Assembly (NCBI GenBank): GCA_903923815.1
Contig: CAIXZC010000084.1
Coordinates: 37,350 to 101,349 of the forward strand
Length of the DNA: 64,000 nucleotides
Direction of reading: 5' to 3'
Source of the DNA: an uncultured Myxococcales bacterium
GTDB lineage: Bacteria; Myxococcota_A; UBA9042; CAIXZC01
The notes below the pieces were generated by a model. It was not told the DNA's origin. It made no database searches and worked only from the letters and a program-made list of their open reading frames with translations. The translations under genes were made by a program, and so were the position numbers. Position 1 is the first letter of the stretch. The number at the start of each line of letters is the position of its first letter. This document shows positions 63,701 to 64,000 of this stretch, piece by piece.

Positions 63701-64000
63701 GGCACCAACTTCTACCGCATCTACTCCATGAACATGCAGGACCAGTCCTGGCGCTTCATCCGCTTGAACCTGGCGGACTCCGCGGCGCTGTACGGCCTGA
63801 CGCTCAGCGACAAGACCGTCCTCAAGTGGGTCCAGTACGACAACGAGAGCTACTCCAGCGACGGCTTCACCATCGACGAGTTGAACGTCACCAAGACGAA
63901 CAACTACGTGGCGCCTTCCTACACCCAGTCCTTCGACAACTCCTACATTGACCAGTACTGGACGGTCGCCTCCACCTACGAAGGCCGTTCCCAGGCCTGG
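44018..64000 (+). CDS. Giant Cys-rich modular protein, downstream reading-frame segment (3' partial, continues beyond the window)
   Basis: This phase is open from 43760 to the window end: no listed plus-strand ORF after 43759 is in this phase. The translation continues the module exactly (CVYSEPTTCGGYKCNFAGTNCETVC...ECASGFCVDGYCC...). All 22 LPY-type module starts between 52862 and 63914 are in this phase. That gives 6,661 codons without a stop. Confidence 0.88.
52862..64000 (+). repeat. At least 22 tandem ~165-aa Cys-poor jelly-roll-like modules, each with an Asp-box-like S.DGG.T[FW] motif (array continues off-window)
   Basis: Module starts ([LIP]PY...FE) are at 52862, 53357, 53852, 54344, 54845, 55337, 55844, 56336, 56837, 57335, 57824, 58325, 59330, 59819, 60314, 60812, 61307, 61796, 62414, 62918, 63413 and 63914. 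The period is mostly 489-507 nt. Confidence 0.85.

Noticed and set aside
29091-64000. Giant repeat region as a mobile element, NRPS/PKS or RTX/Rhs toxin locus
   Set aside because: There are no transposase or integrase genes and no terminal inverted repeats. No condensation, adenylation or KS motifs are present. There are no GGxGxD RTX nonapeptides and no YD/Rhs repeats. Codon usage matches the flanking genes.

Overview
High-GC bacterial chromosomal window, roughly two-thirds G+C by eye. The many lipoprotein-like genes, a giant TPR gene and a huge Cys-rich repeat protein suggest a Myxococcota-like genome, but that is inference only. The left 29 kb holds ordinary genes (folK, recN, phaR-like, FHA-GAF-adenylate cyclase, GNAT, trmH, radical SAM, polA, exbB/exbD), several signal-peptide+Cys genes, and a 3,790-codon all-TPR gene coupled to a small secreted Cys protein. 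The right 35 kb (29091 to beyond 64000) is essentially one plus-strand gene of more than 11,600 codons with no stop before the window edge. It starts with a lipoprotein-type signal peptide, followed by CTDC-like Cys repeats and three proprotein-convertase-P-domain-like modules with no protease. Next come 4 x ~130-aa and 22 x ~180-aa Cys modules (28 Cys in the one copy counted), then at least 22 x ~165-aa Asp-box-containing jelly-roll-like modules. The gene carries a single 1-nt frame break at ~44018. Other oddities: polA has no stop at its expected position and reads through poly-C tracts and a 28-bp tandem repeat into exbB. An AT-rich leader upstream of the giant gene carries a near-consensus promoter and a hairpin abutting the RBS. 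A 23-bp tandem duplication lies between convergent genes. No rRNA, tRNA, CRISPR array or mobile element was found. The multi-kb ORFs opposite the two giant genes are codon-aligned shadows.
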